A stretch of 64,000 nt of DNA from Thermoanaerobaculia bacterium (GCA_963666565.1 OY762911.1:896001-960000); one strand, 5' to 3'; shown: positions 29,023-39,313, counted from the first letter of the stretch. Made by a program: numbers and translations. Notes: generated by a model from the sequence alone, not told the origin.

Positions 29023-29494
29023 TTCGCCGCGGAGCCAGCGGACCGCCGGGAGTCTCGCCCGGCCGCGGCCCCAGGCTGGCCAGGAAGTCCGCCGCGCCGC
29101 GGTGCCTCAGCCTCGATCCGACGACCAGCCAGGCCAGCAGGATGAGGATGAAGCCGCTCCCGGCCAGGTTCGGCGACGTTCCGGGCAGCAGCGGCCAAGC
29201 CAGCATGGCGAGGACGCCCAGGGCGCCCAGGGCCAGGATGCCGACGGCGGCGGCGTTCGTGGAGTACTCCGAGCGGTCGACGTGGAAGACGACGCGGACA
29301 CCCTCGGCGCTCGGCTGGACCGAGACGGCGCCGTGGAGCACGCCGTAGCGGACGCCGGCCGCCACCGGGAGGGTCAACTGGCCGCCCGTGCCCTGCCGGT
29401 GCCAGGTTCCGTTCCAGGCATCGGCGCCGTCGGCCAGAGCCTCCAGGGCCTCGTCCGGCGTCAGGTCGAGGTCGATCTCATACTGCGGAAGCAC
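29018..29494 (-). CDS. Hypothetical membrane protein (2 TM)
   Basis: ORF with two C-terminal hydrophobic helices, same strand as dusB. Confidence 0.6.
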   Translation of the reverse strand: MLPQYEIDLDLTPDEALEALADGADAWNGTWHRQGTGGQLTLPVAAGVRYGVLHGAVSVQPSAEGVRVVFHVDRSEYSTNAAAVGILALGALGVLAMLAWPLLPGTSPNLAGSGFILILLAWLVVGSRLRHRGAADFLASLGPRPGETPGGPLAPRRT

Positions 29495-29515
29495 GATCGG
29501 CAGGGCCGGCGCGGC

Positions 29516-30547
29516 TCAGGCCGCCAGCTCGTCGAGCTGCCGGTCGAAGAAGTCCTCGACGGCGACGAGGAACTTCTCCACCGTGTCGAGCTGCTGGATC
29601 CGCTGGCGCAGGCGCTTGCCGTTCGGCAGGCCGTAGGTGTACCAGCCGGTGAACTTGCGCAGCTTGTGCAGGGCGAAGCGGCTCGCTTCGCGCTCCGCCA
29701 CCATGTGGAAGTGGCCCAGGATCAGGTCGCGCCGGTCGAGCAGGGTCGGCTGCGGCGCCTCCGTGCCGAGCAGGTGGCTCCGGATCTGGTGGAAGATCCA
29801 CGGGTTGCGGGTGGCGCCGCGGCCCACCATGACGCCGTCGCAGCCGGTCTGCCGGAGCAGCCGCTCGGCGTCCTCGGGCGCAACGATGTCGCCGTTGCCG
29901 ATAACCGGAATGGACAGGGCCTCCTTCAGCCGGGCCAGGTGGGACCAGTCCGCCTCGCCGCGGAACATCTGCTTCGCGGTCCGGGCGTGCATCGTGACGG
30001 CGTCGACGCCGAGGTCTTCGCACAGGCGCCCCAGGTCCAGGTAGTTGGTTCGCTCGTGGTTCAGGCCGAGACGGAACTTCACGGTCAGCGGAATCCGGAT
30101 TCGGTTCCGCACCTCGCGGACGATGCTTCCGGCCAGGTCGAGGTCGCCCATCAGCGCGGCGCCGGCGCAGCCCTTCAGCACCTTGTTGGCCGGACAGCCC
30201 ATGTTGATGTCGCAGACGTCCGGGCCGAGCTCCTCGACGATCTCGGCGGCTTCGGCCATCGTCTCCACGTCCGAGCCGTAGATCTGGATCGCCAGCGGCC
30301 GCTCCTCCTCGGCGAAGTACATGAGGTCCCGCGTGTGGCGGTTGCCGTCGACGATCGCCCGCGACGAGATGAACTCCATCGACACCAGGCCGACGCCGCC
30401 GATGCGGCGGACGATCAGCCGGAAGTCCCGGTCCGTCACCCCGGCCATCGGCGCCAGGAACAGGGGCGGATCGATCGTCACGGCGCGGTCGCCCCCGCCG
30501 AGGACCATCGGCTCGAGCGCGGGCATCGCTGGCGCGGACGCGGTCAT
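29516..30547 (-). CDS. dusB: tRNA-dihydrouridine synthase B
   Basis: LAPMAGVTD, DINMGCP, GAALM, MHARTA.Q, IGNGDI, MVGRG. Confidence 0.93.
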   Translation of the reverse strand: MTASAPAMPALEPMVLGGGDRAVTIDPPLFLAPMAGVTDRDFRLIVRRIGGVGLVSMEFISSRAIVDGNRHTRDLMYFAEEERPLAIQIYGSDVETMAEAAEIVEELGPDVCDINMGCPANKVLKGCAGAALMGDLDLAGSIVREVRNRIRIPLTVKFRLGLNHERTNYLDLGRLCEDLGVDAVTMHARTAKQMFRGEADWSHLARLKEALSIPVIGNGDIVAPEDAERLLRQTGCDGVMVGRGATRNPWIFHQIRSHLLGTEAPQPTLLDRRDLILGHFHMVAEREASRFALHKLRKFTGWYTYGLPNGKRLRQRIQQLDTVEKFLVAVEDFFDRQLDELAA

Positions 30548-30597
30548 GCCGCCGATTCTACGCCTCGAACGCCCAAGGCGGGCTAGGATCTCCCGCC

Positions 30598-32271
30598 GTG
30601 CCGAAACGCCCCGCGAGCGCCGTGTCCAGCGGCCCCGACCTCTGCGCCTGCGGGCTGCTCGGCGATCTGCCGAGGCGGTTCCTCGACGGCCGGGACCTCG
30701 ACCTGCTCGATCCTCTGCGGTTCGTGCTGCCCGGCGACGAGGACCGGGTGGCGGCGCCGCCGGGCCCGGCGCCCGACCGCGCGCCCGTCGCCGCCGCCCT
30801 TGCCGAGGCGAACGAGCGCTACGGCCACCCGGATGCCGCCGCCCTGGCCGAGGCCCTCGCGGACCCCGAGACCCTGGTCGTCATCACGGGCCAGCAGTGC
30901 GGCCTGGGCGCCGGACCGCTGTTCACGCTGACGAAGGCCGCGGCCTGCGTCCGGTGGGCCGAGGAACTGACGCGCCGGGGCCGCCGCGCCGTGCCCCTGT
31001 TCTGGATGGCGTCCGAGGACCACGACTACGCCGAGGTGGCTCGCGGCCATTTCCCGCCCGCCGGCGCCGAGGCGCTCACCCTGGGCGAGGATCCGGCGCC
31101 ACTCGTGCCGGTCGGCGGTCGGAATCTCGGCCCGGAGGCCGCGGACCTGCTGGCCAGGGTCCGGGACGCGGCGCCGAACGACGACTACCGCCGGCGCCTG
31201 GACGACTGCCGCGACGATCTGCGCCCCGAGCGCTGCTTCACGGAGTCCTTCGCGCGGCTCATGGCGCGCTTTCTCGGCGAGCGCTGCCCGCTGCTCGTCG
31301 ACTCCCAGTTGCCGGCGCTCAAGGCCGCTTCCGCGCCGGCGCTGCGCCGGCTGATCGAACGCCGCCGCGAAGTCGACGAGGCGCTCGCGGCGGCGGCGGC
31401 GGAACTCGAGCGGCGCGGCGTGCGGCTGCAGGTCCGGTCGCGCCGGGGGGAAGCGCCGCTGTTCCTGATCGACGATGCCGGCGAACGCCGCCGGGTGGTG
31501 TGGACCGGAAACGGCGGCTTCGAGCTGCGCGGCGGCGCCGCCGGTGACGTCGACGCGCTGCTCGACGGCCTCGACCGGCATCCGGCGTCCCTGAGTCCGG
31601 GTGTCCTGGCTCGCCCCGTGGTCCAGGACGCCGCGTTCGGCACCGCGCTGATGATCCTCGGTCCCGGCGAACTCGCCTACATGACCCAGGCGCGCGCCCT
31701 CTACGACGAACTCGGCGTGGCGGCGCCGGCGATCGTCCTCCGGCCCCAGGTCCTCCTGCTCGGCGCCCGCGAGCGCCGTTGGCTGGACGGGCTGGAGGCG
31801 GAGGGAGTCGACCTGGCCGCCGTGCTCTCGGGACCGGACGAACTCGACCGCCTCCTCGCCTCGCGCCAGGGTCTCGACTTCCTCGGCGCCGCCAGCGAGA
31901 AGATCGACGCGGCGATCGACGATCTGGCGGCGGGTCCCGCCGCGGTCGACCGGACCCTGGGGTCCGCGTTGGAGAAGACCGGGGCGAACCTCAAGCGGAC
32001 GCTCGCCCGATTCGAGCGGCGCGTCGTCGCCGCCGCCGCCAGGCGGGACGAGGTCCTGCGCGGCCGGGTCATGAGGCTGCGCGAGCACTGCCTGCCGAAC
32101 GGCACGCTCCAGGAGCGCGTGTTCACGTCGCTCCACTGCCTGGCGTCCTACGGCCCCGCTCTCGTGCGGGAACTCGGGTCGATCGACCGGGATCCGCGGC
32201 GCCTGCAGCCCCTGTCGGTGGACCGCGCCCGCGCGGAGGGCGGCGAAACTGCGGGACGGCCGCCCGCGTAG
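30598..32271 (+). CDS. bshC: Bacillithiol biosynthesis cysteine-adding enzyme
   Basis: VITGQQ.GL..GPL, FWMASEDHD..EV, SP.VL.RPV.QD, GPGELAY, LQERV. Confidence 0.9.
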   Translation: MPKRPASAVSSGPDLCACGLLGDLPRRFLDGRDLDLLDPLRFVLPGDEDRVAAPPGPAPDRAPVAAALAEANERYGHPDAAALAEALADPETLVVITGQQCGLGAGPLFTLTKAAACVRWAEELTRRGRRAVPLFWMASEDHDYAEVARGHFPPAGAEALTLGEDPAPLVPVGGRNLGPEAADLLARVRDAAPNDDYRRRLDDCRDDLRPERCFTESFARLMARFLGERCPLLVDSQLPALKAASAPALRRLIERRREVDEALAAAAAELERRGVRLQVRSRRGEAPLFLIDDAGERRRVVWTGNGGFELRGGAAGDVDALLDGLDRHPASLSPGVLARPVVQDAAFGTALMILGPGELAYMTQARALYDELGVAAPAIVLRPQVLLLGARERRWLDGLEAEGVDLAAVLSGPDELDRLLASRQGLDFLGAASEKIDAAIDDLAAGPAAVDRTLGSALEKTGANLKRTLARFERRVVAAAARRDEVLRGRVMRLREHCLPNGTLQERVFTSLHCLASYGPALVRELGSIDRDPRRLQPLSVDRARAEGGETAGRPPA

Positions 32272-32282
32272 AAGTGGATCCG

Positions 32283-33596
32283 ATGCGGATAGGGATCTGC
32301 TGCTTTCCGAGCTACGGGGGCTCCGGGGTGGTCGCCTCGGAACTGGCCCTCGCGCTGGCCGAGGGAGGCGACGACGTCCACGTCGTCAGTTCGGACCGGC
32401 CGCCGCGCCTCGACGAGCGGCCCGGCGTCCGCTTTCATCGCGTGGACGGATCGGAGATCGAGGAGCACGGCCTGTTCGACCGGCCGCTGCACACCCTTGC
32501 CCTCGCCAACCGGCTGGCCGAGGTGGCGGCGGCCGCCCGGCTCGACGTGATCCACGCTCACTACGCCGCGCCCCATGCCGTCGCGGCCCTGCTGGCCCGG
32601 CGGATGCTCGCGGACGGTGCGGGCGCTGGGCCGCCCTGCCCGGTCGTCACGACGGTTCACGGCACGGACGTGAGCCTGGTGGGCGCCCGGCCGAGCTACC
32701 GGGACGTCGTCGGCTGGGCGCTGCGCAGCAGCGACCGGGTCACGGCGCCGTCGGAAGCGCTGGCGCGCGAGGCGGCGGACCGCTTCTCGCTCGACGAACC
32801 GGTCGAGGTGATTCCGAACTTCGTGCCGCCCGCCGCCGGCGGCCGCTCGCCCCGGTCGTCGGGGTCCGGGTTCAACGAGCCGGTGGACGAGTCCGCCGGG
32901 GACGGCGAGGCTCGTCCCGCCGCGGAAGCCGCGTTGCCGGCCGGCCTGGAGATCGTCCACGTCTCGAACTTCCGTCCGGTCAAGCGGGCGGCGGACGTCG
33001 TGGCGGCGTTCGCGCTGGTGCGCCGGGAACTGCCGGCGCGGCTGTGCATGGTGGGGGACGGCCCCGACCGGGAGGCCGCCGAGCGCCGGTGCCGGGAACT
33101 CGGGATCGCCGAGCACGTGACCTTCCTCGGCAACCAGGCCCACGTGGAACCGATCCTGGAGCGGGGCGACCTGTTCCTGTCCGCGTCGGAGAGCGAGAGT
33201 TTCGGCCTGGCGTCGCTCGAGGCCCTGGCGCTCGGCGTGCCCGTCGTTGCGACCCGGACCGGCGGCGTGCCCGAGGTGGTCCGCGAGAACCGTAACGGGC
33301 TGCTCTGCCCGGTCGGCGACGTGGAGGCGCTGGCCGCGAGTTGCGTGGCGCTCCTGGGCGACGGCTTGCGTCGACGGGCCTTCGCGGAGCACGGCCGTCG
33401 CTGGGCGCGCTCCCGCTTCGACCGGGGACGGATCGTCGCGCAGTACCGGGAGTTGTACCGCGCTACACTGACGGCCCCGGTTCGAGCGCCTGCCGACGGG
33501 CGCCCGGACTGGGCGCGCGGCGCGGAAGGCGTAGCGCGCGTTGGTGGAGCGGCGGCCCCCGATGATCGCGCGCTCCTAGGGAAGGCAGACGCATGA
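32283..33596 (+). CDS. bshA: N-acetyl-alpha-D-glucosaminyl L-malate synthase
   Basis: IGICCFPSYGGSGVVASEL, HAHYAAPH, HGTDV, HVSNFRPVKR, ESFGL..LEA. Confidence 0.92.
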   Translation: MRIGICCFPSYGGSGVVASELALALAEGGDDVHVVSSDRPPRLDERPGVRFHRVDGSEIEEHGLFDRPLHTLALANRLAEVAAAARLDVIHAHYAAPHAVAALLARRMLADGAGAGPPCPVVTTVHGTDVSLVGARPSYRDVVGWALRSSDRVTAPSEALAREAADRFSLDEPVEVIPNFVPPAAGGRSPRSSGSGFNEPVDESAGDGEARPAAEAALPAGLEIVHVSNFRPVKRAADVVAAFALVRRELPARLCMVGDGPDREAAERRCRELGIAEHVTFLGNQAHVEPILERGDLFLSASESESFGLASLEALALGVPVVATRTGGVPEVVRENRNGLLCPVGDVEALAASCVALLGDGLRRRAFAEHGRRWARSRFDRGRIVAQYRELYRATLTAPVRAPADGRPDWARGAEGVARVGGAAAPDDRALLGKADA

Positions 33597-34000
33597 CAGA
33601 ACCGGCAGCGCCCCCACCGCCACCCCCGCCCGATCCGCCGGCGCCTCCACCGCCGCCCGATCCGCCCGGTTCCGACGGCGCCTCGTCGAACCGGAACCTG
33701 ATGGTCGTGCTTGCCTACCTGTGGATCCTCGTCCTGGTGCCGCTGCTCCTCGAAGAATCGGACGAAGACGTTCGCTGGCACGCCAAGCACGGCCTCGTCC
33801 TGATGGGGGCGGAGTTCGCGCTGTGGATCGCCCTCCAGGTCGCCCTGTTCGCGATGGGCGGCATCGGCTGCGTCCTGGCGCCGTTCATCTTCATGCTGTT
33901 CGTCGCGTTCGTCGCGGTGCGGATCGCCTGCATCGTGCGCGGGGTCAACGGCCAGCGCCTGGAGATTCCCGTGCTGACGCCCCTGGTCGACCGATTCTGA
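33593..34000 (+). CDS. DUF4870-like membrane protein
   Basis: Pro-rich N-terminus, LAYL, VRWHAKHG, 3 TM, G.R..IP. Confidence 0.75.
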   Translation: MTEPAAPPPPPPPDPPAPPPPPDPPGSDGASSNRNLMVVLAYLWILVLVPLLLEESDEDVRWHAKHGLVLMGAEFALWIALQVALFAMGGIGCVLAPFIFMLFVAFVAVRIACIVRGVNGQRLEIPVLTPLVDRF

Positions 34001-34040
34001 GGCGAGCCGGGAGGTTGCGCCGCGGTAGCCGGGTGCGCGG

Positions 34041-34173
34041 CTGGGTGCGCGGGTCTTCCGACCCGCTGCCGCCGGAGGCGGCATGAGATGCGCGCCGGCC
34101 GTTTGCTGGGTGCGCGGGTCTTCCGACCCGCCGCCGCCGGAGGCGGCATGAGAAGCGTGCCGGCCGTCAAGCG
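34041..34173 (+). repeat. Two tandem REP-like family A copies
   Basis: ctgggtgcgcgggtcttccgacccgc[tc]gccgccggaggcggcatgaga at 34041 and 34106. Confidence 0.88.
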
Positions 34174-34549
34174 GGTTCGGCTTGCCCTGCTCCTGTCCGC
34201 CGGCCTGGTCCTGGGCGCCGCCGCCTTCGACATGACGCGGCCGCCGGAGCGCCAACTCTCGGCGCGCGGCGCCGACGCCCTGATCGGCGCCTACCAGGCG
34301 ACGGTCTCGCCCCTCCTCACCCGCGCCGGCGTGCGCTGCCGCTTCCAGCCGACCTGCAGCGAGTACACGCGGACGACCGTCCGGGACCGCGGACTGGCGG
34401 CGGGCAGTCTGCGCGGTCTGGCCCGGCTGGCCCGGTGCGGACCGTGGACGCCGGCCGGCACCGTGGATCCTCCGGTACGGATCGCCGGTGGTCCGGCCCT
34501 GTGGCCGGCTTCCGGAAGAAACGTGGCCCCGAAGCGGCCACCGCATTGA
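34148..34549 (+). CDS. Second YidD-family protein
   Basis: IGAYQATVSP...RCRFQPTCSEY...RLARCGPW..GTVDPP. Confidence 0.85.
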   Translation: MRSVPAVKRVRLALLLSAGLVLGAAAFDMTRPPERQLSARGADALIGAYQATVSPLLTRAGVRCRFQPTCSEYTRTTVRDRGLAAGSLRGLARLARCGPWTPAGTVDPPVRIAGGPALWPASGRNVAPKRPPH

Positions 34550-34550
34550 C

Positions 34551-34886
34551 ATGACCGTCTGGCCCACCGAAGTCCGCCGGGACCACGAAGCGCGCCTGCT
34601 GCGGGTGCGCTGGCAGGACGGCCACGAGAGCGCATACGAGTACGACGTCCTGCGCGGCTACTGCCCCTGCGCCATGTGCCAGGGCCACAACGCGGGTCCG
34701 CTGCGGTTTCAGCCGCCGCCGCGGCCGGTAACGGCGCAGACCGTGTCCCAGGTCGGCAACTACGCGCTCAGCATCGCCTGGTCCGACGGTCACTGGACCG
34801 GCATCTACCGCTTCGACCTTCTGCGGCGCCTCTGCCCCTGCGACGAATGCCGGGTGCGCGGGTCTTCCGACCCGCTGCCGCCGTAG
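34551..34886 (+). CDS. DUF971 (GBBH-like N-terminal) protein
   Basis: W.DGHES.Y...LR..CPCA.C, VGNYA..I.WSDGH.TGIY. Confidence 0.88.
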   Translation: MTVWPTEVRRDHEARLLRVRWQDGHESAYEYDVLRGYCPCAMCQGHNAGPLRFQPPPRPVTAQTVSQVGNYALSIAWSDGHWTGIYRFDLLRRLCPCDECRVRGSSDPLPP

Positions 34887-34987
34887 GCGGCGGACGGTAG
34901 CGTCGCCGGCCTTTGGCCGGCGGCCCGATTGTCCGGGCTTCGCCGCTTCGCCCCCTGTGCGGGTCAGAAGACCCGCGCACCCAGCGG
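34852..34987. repeat. Inverted pair of family A REPs (REPIN/BIME-like)
   Basis: Plus copy 34852-34921 and minus copy 34959-34987. Confidence 0.8.
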
Positions 34988-35019
34988 ACGACCCACGCAG
35001 GCGGCGGATGAGCCGCGGG

Positions 35020-35709
35020 TCAGGCGCACTCTCGCTCGGCGAGCCGGCAGGCCCGCTCCCAGTCGGCGGCCGTGTTCACGTTCAGCAGGACCTCCTCGGG
35101 GTCTCCGAACCGGCTCGCATCGACCGGCTCGACGCGCAGGCCGGTACAGCGGGTGAGCGGGTAGAGGCGGTAGTCGCCCCGTTCGACTCGGGCCGCCAGC
35201 CGCTCCAGCGCCGGCGGCGTCCAGAGCGCGCAGGTCGGGTTCATGGATCGCGGGTCGCCGGGATCGGTCGTCGCCGCGGCCAGGTCGGCGCCGGATGCGG
35301 CGAGTTCGGCCAGCAGGTCGACCGGCGCCAGCGGCAGGTCGCAGGCCAGAACGAGCAGGCCGTGCCCCGGCCGGAACCGGGCCGCGCCCAGCACACCGGC
35401 CGCGGGGCCCGAACCTGGCCCGTCCGGCGCCGCCGAGACGGGGAGGCCGCGGTCGACCGGACCGGCTTCGGCGCCGAAGTCGCCGGCAGCGACGACGATC
35501 TCCTCGACCGCGGCAACGGCGGCAAGCCGGCCGACCGCCCGCTCGACCAGCGTCGGTCCCGGCGCACCGGATCGCGAACCGGGAAGGCGGAGGACCGCCT
35601 TGTTGCCCCCCAGCCGGTTCCCCCTGCCGCCCGCGAGCACGACGCCGGCGATCGGGCTGCTAGGCTGCGCCCGCTTCGCGCCCGCGGCATCCGGCCGGGG
35701 CGGTTTCAT
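35020..35709 (-). CDS. mobA: Molybdenum cofactor guanylyltransferase
   Basis: [32 protein letters not shown]. Confidence 0.88.
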   Translation of the reverse strand: MKPPRPDAAGAKRAQPSSPIAGVVLAGGRGNRLGGNKAVLRLPGSRSGAPGPTLVERAVGRLAAVAAVEEIVVAAGDFGAEAGPVDRGLPVSAAPDGPGSGPAAGVLGAARFRPGHGLLVLACDLPLAPVDLLAELAASGADLAAATTDPGDPRSMNPTCALWTPPALERLAARVERGDYRLYPLTRCTGLRVEPVDASRFGDPEEVLLNVNTAADWERACRLAERECA

Positions 35710-35726
35710 CTCTGGAGATCGACCAG

Positions 35727-36308
35727 ATGCACTCTTCACACACCGGACCCTGGAGCCGTTTCTTGATCTACGCCGCTTCCGCCGTTCTGCTGGCCGCGCC
35801 GAGCCTCGGCCAGGACTCGCCCCCGAGGGTAGCCCTCGAAACGAACCACGGCACGATCGTGCTGGAACTGAACCCGGAGAAGGCGCCGGTCACGGTCGAG
35901 AACTTCCTCGACTACGTGGACCGCGGCTGGTACGACGGCACCGTCTTCCATCGCGTGATCGCGGACTTCATGATCCAGGGCGGCGGCTTCACGGCCGACA
36001 TGCAGAAGAAGATCACCCGGCCGGAGATCGAGAACGAGTCGAAGAACGGTCTCTCCAACAAGCGCGGCACGATCGCCATGGCACGCACCGGCGAGCCGCA
36101 CAGCGCCACGGCGCAGTTCTTCATCAACCTCGTGGACAACGACGGCCTGGACGGAAAGCCCAATAGTTGGGGCTACGCCGTCTTCGGCAAGGTCGTCGAG
36201 GGCATCGACGTGGTCGACTCCATCGCGAAGGTCGAGGTCAAGCCCGGCCGCGTGAGCGAGGCGGAGCCGCAGGAGCAGGTGAAGCTGATCGGCGCCAAGC
36301 GCCAGTAG
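35727..36308 (+). CDS. Exported cyclophilin-type peptidyl-prolyl isomerase
   Basis: [43 protein letters not shown]. Confidence 0.95.
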   Translation: MHSSHTGPWSRFLIYAASAVLLAAPSLGQDSPPRVALETNHGTIVLELNPEKAPVTVENFLDYVDRGWYDGTVFHRVIADFMIQGGGFTADMQKKITRPEIENESKNGLSNKRGTIAMARTGEPHSATAQFFINLVDNDGLDGKPNSWGYAVFGKVVEGIDVVDSIAKVEVKPGRVSEAEPQEQVKLIGAKRQ

Positions 36309-36431
36309 CGCCCGGCGGCTCGACCGCACCGTCGCGGGCCGCCGCCCGACCATCTTCGGACCGAAGGAACTCGGCGCGCCGGCCACTCGGTCCGGCCGGG
36401 GGTGCCCGCGTTCCCGCCTTCGCGGGAGCGG

Positions 36432-36516
36432 TGGTGCCGAAGGCCGGACTCGAACCGGCACGGGTTGCCCCACACGGCCCTCAACCGTGCGCGTCTACCA
36501 ATTCCGCCACTTCGGC
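36432..36516 (-). tRNA. tRNA-Leu(GAG)
   Basis: GCCGAAGTGGCGGAATTGGTAGACGCG, anticodon arm cacgg-ttGAGgg-ccgtg, CCA; downstream of secG. Confidence 0.96.
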
Positions 36517-36539
36517 TCTGGCCACGTCTTCCGCTGGAT

Positions 36540-36968
36540 CTAGCCCTGGTTGTTGCCGCCGGCCTCGGGCTCGGCGTCCGTCGTCGCATTGCCGGCGCCG
36601 TCACCGTCTCCGGCGTCGCCGGCCTCGGCCGGCGCGCTCTCCGTTGCCTCGGCGGGTGCCGTGGCTGCCGGCGCCGCTTCCGGCGCGGCGGGCACCACTT
36701 CCTCCATCACGGAGTCGACCCCGCTCATGACCGACGACGTGTCCCGCTTCTGCCAGAAGCCGATCGTCAGGGTGGTCATGATGAAGAGGACGAAGCAGGC
36801 GACGGTCAGCTTGTGCAGGAGCGTGGCGGCCCCGCGGGCGCCGAAGGCGGCCTGGGAGGCGCCGCCCCCGAACACGGACAGGTCGGCCCCCTTGCCCTGC
36901 TGCAGCAGGACGACGAGGACCAGGAACAACGAAACCGCCACGTGGACGGTGTACAGCACGAAGATCAA
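36540..36968 (-). CDS. secG: Preprotein translocase subunit SecG
   Basis: VLLQQGKGADL..FGGG.SQ..FGARG...L.KLT; follows tpiA. Confidence 0.94.
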   Translation of the reverse strand: MIFVLYTVHVAVSLFLVLVVLLQQGKGADLSVFGGGASQAAFGARGAATLLHKLTVACFVLFIMTTLTIGFWQKRDTSSVMSGVDSVMEEVVPAAPEAAPAATAPAEATESAPAEAGDAGDGDGAGNATTDAEPEAGGNNQG

Positions 36969-37016
36969 GTCAATCTCCCCTCTGGGGTGTCCGCAACGCG
37001 AGCGCGGCGCCGTTCG

Positions 37017-37799
37017 TCAGGGCTGTGAGCCGCCGGCGGAACCCGTGGAAAGACGAATGATACGCAGGAACGAGGAAGGATCAAGACTTGCGCCGCCGAT
37101 GAGGAAGCCGTCGATGTCCGGCCGGCCGATCAGATCCCGGCAGTTGCCGGCGTTCACCGAGCCGCCGTAGAGGATCCGGGTCGAGTCGCCGAGGCCGGCC
37201 CGATGGCCGTTGAGCCGCGCCCGCAGGTGGCCGTGGACGGCGGCGGCGATCCGCGGCGAGGCGCTGAGACCGGTGCCGATGGCCCATACCGGTTCGTAGG
37301 CGACCGTCGCGCCGACTCCGGCGCCGTCGGCCTCGGCGAGCACGTCGAGCACGGCGCCCAACTGGGCGTCGAGGACCGCCTCCGTCTCGTTCGCCTCCCG
37401 TTGCTCCAGGGTTTCGCCCACGCAGACGACCGGGACGAGCCCGGCGTCGAGGGCGCGCCGGGCCTTGTGCGCCACGTCCTCGTTCGACTCGCCGTGGTAC
37501 TCGCGCCGTTCCGAGTGGCCGGCCAGGGCCCAGGAAGCGCCGGCGTCGACGATCTGGGCGGCGGCGACGTCGCCGGTGTAGGCGCCGGCTTCCTCGGCGT
37601 GGACGTCCTGGGCGCCGACGGCGGCCCACTCGGGCATCGCCTTCGCCGCGAGATCGAGATGGACGGGCGCCGGGAACAGGACGACGTCGACCCGCGCATC
37701 GGGCGGGCCGGCGGCGGTCAGCGCCTCGGCGTAGGCCGCGACGTCCTCGCGGAGCAGGTTCATCTTCCAGTTCCCGGCGACGATGGCTCGACGTTTCAC
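37017..37799 (-). CDS. tpiA: Triosephosphate isomerase
   Basis: AGNWKMN, GAYTG, GHSERR, AYEPVWAIGTG, LYGGSV, GFLIGGASL. Confidence 0.97.
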   Translation of the reverse strand: MKRRAIVAGNWKMNLLREDVAAYAEALTAAGPPDARVDVVLFPAPVHLDLAAKAMPEWAAVGAQDVHAEEAGAYTGDVAAAQIVDAGASWALAGHSERREYHGESNEDVAHKARRALDAGLVPVVCVGETLEQREANETEAVLDAQLGAVLDVLAEADGAGVGATVAYEPVWAIGTGLSASPRIAAAVHGHLRARLNGHRAGLGDSTRILYGGSVNAGNCRDLIGRPDIDGFLIGGASLDPSSFLRIIRLSTGSAGGSQP

Positions 37800-37854
37800 T
37801 TGTTCTCTCCTGAGTCCCTGCCAGACCCGCGCTGGGCGACGATCGGCGTGCGCG

Positions 37855-39126
37855 TCATGTTCCCTCCCTGCCGGCGGCGCGGAGCGCCTCGACTGCGGGC
37901 AGTCGCTCACCGGCGAGCAGCGCCAGGGAGGCGCCGCCGCCGGTCGAGACGTGATCGATCTCTTCGGACAGCTTCTCCAGCCGGACCGCGGCCACCGTTT
38001 CGCCGCCGCCGATCGCGGTGAACCCGTCGCAGGCGGCGACGGCCCGCGCCACCGCGCGGCTGCCGGCGTCGAACGGCCGCGTCTCGAAGACGCCCATCGG
38101 GCCGTTCCAGAACAGGGTCGCGGCGCCGGCGATCGCGTCGGCGAAGGCGGCCCGGGTCTCCGGCCCGATGTCGACGGCCAGCCACCCCTCCGGTACGCCG
38201 TCCTCGATCGACACCGTGTGGACCGACTGTTCCGAAAGCGTCGCGTCGAGGGACTCCGTGGCCACGAGGTCGATGGGCAGAAGCAGTTCGGCGCCGCGGG
38301 CCGCGGTCTCGGCCTCGATCTCGCGGGCCAGGTCGAAGCTCTCCGCCTCGACCAGCGAGGAGGCGAGCTCGACGCCGCGGGCGGCCAGGAACGCGTTGGC
38401 CATGCCGCCCCCGACCAGCACGCGGTCGACCAGCGGCAGCAGGTGCCGCAGCGCGCCGATCTTGCCGCGGATCTTCGCGCCGCCGACAACCAGCGCGAAC
38501 GGCCGCGGAGGGTCGTCGAGCAGGCGGCCGAGCTGACGCAGTTCGCGGTCGAGCAGCAGGCCGCTGAAGGCGGGTTCCATCCGGCCGCAGATGGCGGCGG
38601 TAGAGGCGTGGGCGCGGTGGGCCGTGCCGAAGGCGTCGTTCACGTAGACCTCGCCGAGGGCGGCCAGCCCGGCGGCGAAGTCCGGGTCGTTCGCTTCCTC
38701 GCCGGCGTGGAAGCGGAGGTTCTCGCAGAGGAGGACGCCGCCGTCGTCGAGCGCGGCCGCGGCGTTCCGGGCGGCCGGGCCGATGCAGTCCGGGGCGAAG
38801 GCGACCGGCCGGCCGAGCACGGAGGACAGCGCCGCGGCGACGGGACGCAGGCCGAACGACGGATCGGCCTTGCCCCGCGGGCGGCCCCGGTGCGACAGCA
38901 GGACGACGCGGGCGCCCGCGGCGCACAGGGCGTCGATGGTGGGCGCCGCTTCCCGCAGCCGGGTCGCGTCGAGGACCTCTTCGCCCGCCATCGGCACGTT
39001 GAAGTCGACGCGGACGACGACCCGCCTGCCCTGGAACGCGAACGCGGCGGCTGTCGCTTCAGGGCGCGCTTCCTCGCGGAAGGCGGAAGACGCATGGTGC
39101 CTGAGCGCGAGCGAGCCGTCCGCCAG
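37855..39126 (-). CDS. pgk: Phosphoglycerate kinase (start codon unresolved)
   Basis: RVDFNVP, SHRGRP, ENLRF, NDAFGTAHRAHAS, WNGPMGVFE, STGGGASL. Confidence 0.93.
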   Translation of the reverse strand: MADGSLALRHHASSAFREEARPEATAAAFAFQGRRVVVRVDFNVPMAGEEVLDATRLREAAPTIDALCAAGARVVLLSHRGRPRGKADPSFGLRPVAAALSSVLGRPVAFAPDCIGPAARNAAAALDDGGVLLCENLRFHAGEEANDPDFAAGLAALGEVYVNDAFGTAHRAHASTAAICGRMEPAFSGLLLDRELRQLGRLLDDPPRPFALVVGGAKIRGKIGALRHLLPLVDRVLVGGGMANAFLAARGVELASSLVEAESFDLAREIEAETAARGAELLLPIDLVATESLDATLSEQSVHTVSIEDGVPEGWLAVDIGPETRAAFADAIAGAATLFWNGPMGVFETRPFDAGSRAVARAVAACDGFTAIGGGETVAAVRLEKLSEEIDHVSTGGGASLALLAGERLPAVEALRAAGREGT

Positions 39127-39149
39127 AGCGGCCTGGAGGTTCCTCCGCC

Positions 39150-39218
39150 GGGTGCGCGGGTCGTCTGACCCGCTGCCGCCGAAGGCGGCCGGAGAGACGC
39201 GCCGGCTGTCGGGCCGGC
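39150..39218 (+). repeat. REP-like family A copy
   Basis: gggtgcgcgggtcgtctgacccgctgccgccgaaggcggc...gccggctgtcgggccggc. Confidence 0.82.
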
Positions 39219-39313
39219 TCTGGTCGGGCTGGTTCCTGGTAGCGGTCAACGTCCAAGTCTCGGCCGCCGCGGCTGCCGTGGCCGCCGCGCACGCGGAGGA
39301 TAACGTCGCCGGC

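Noticed and set aside
34030-34173. Tandem ~65-bp repeats as a mini-CRISPR
   Set aside because: Only two units, identical to the dispersed REP-like family, with no proper spacers
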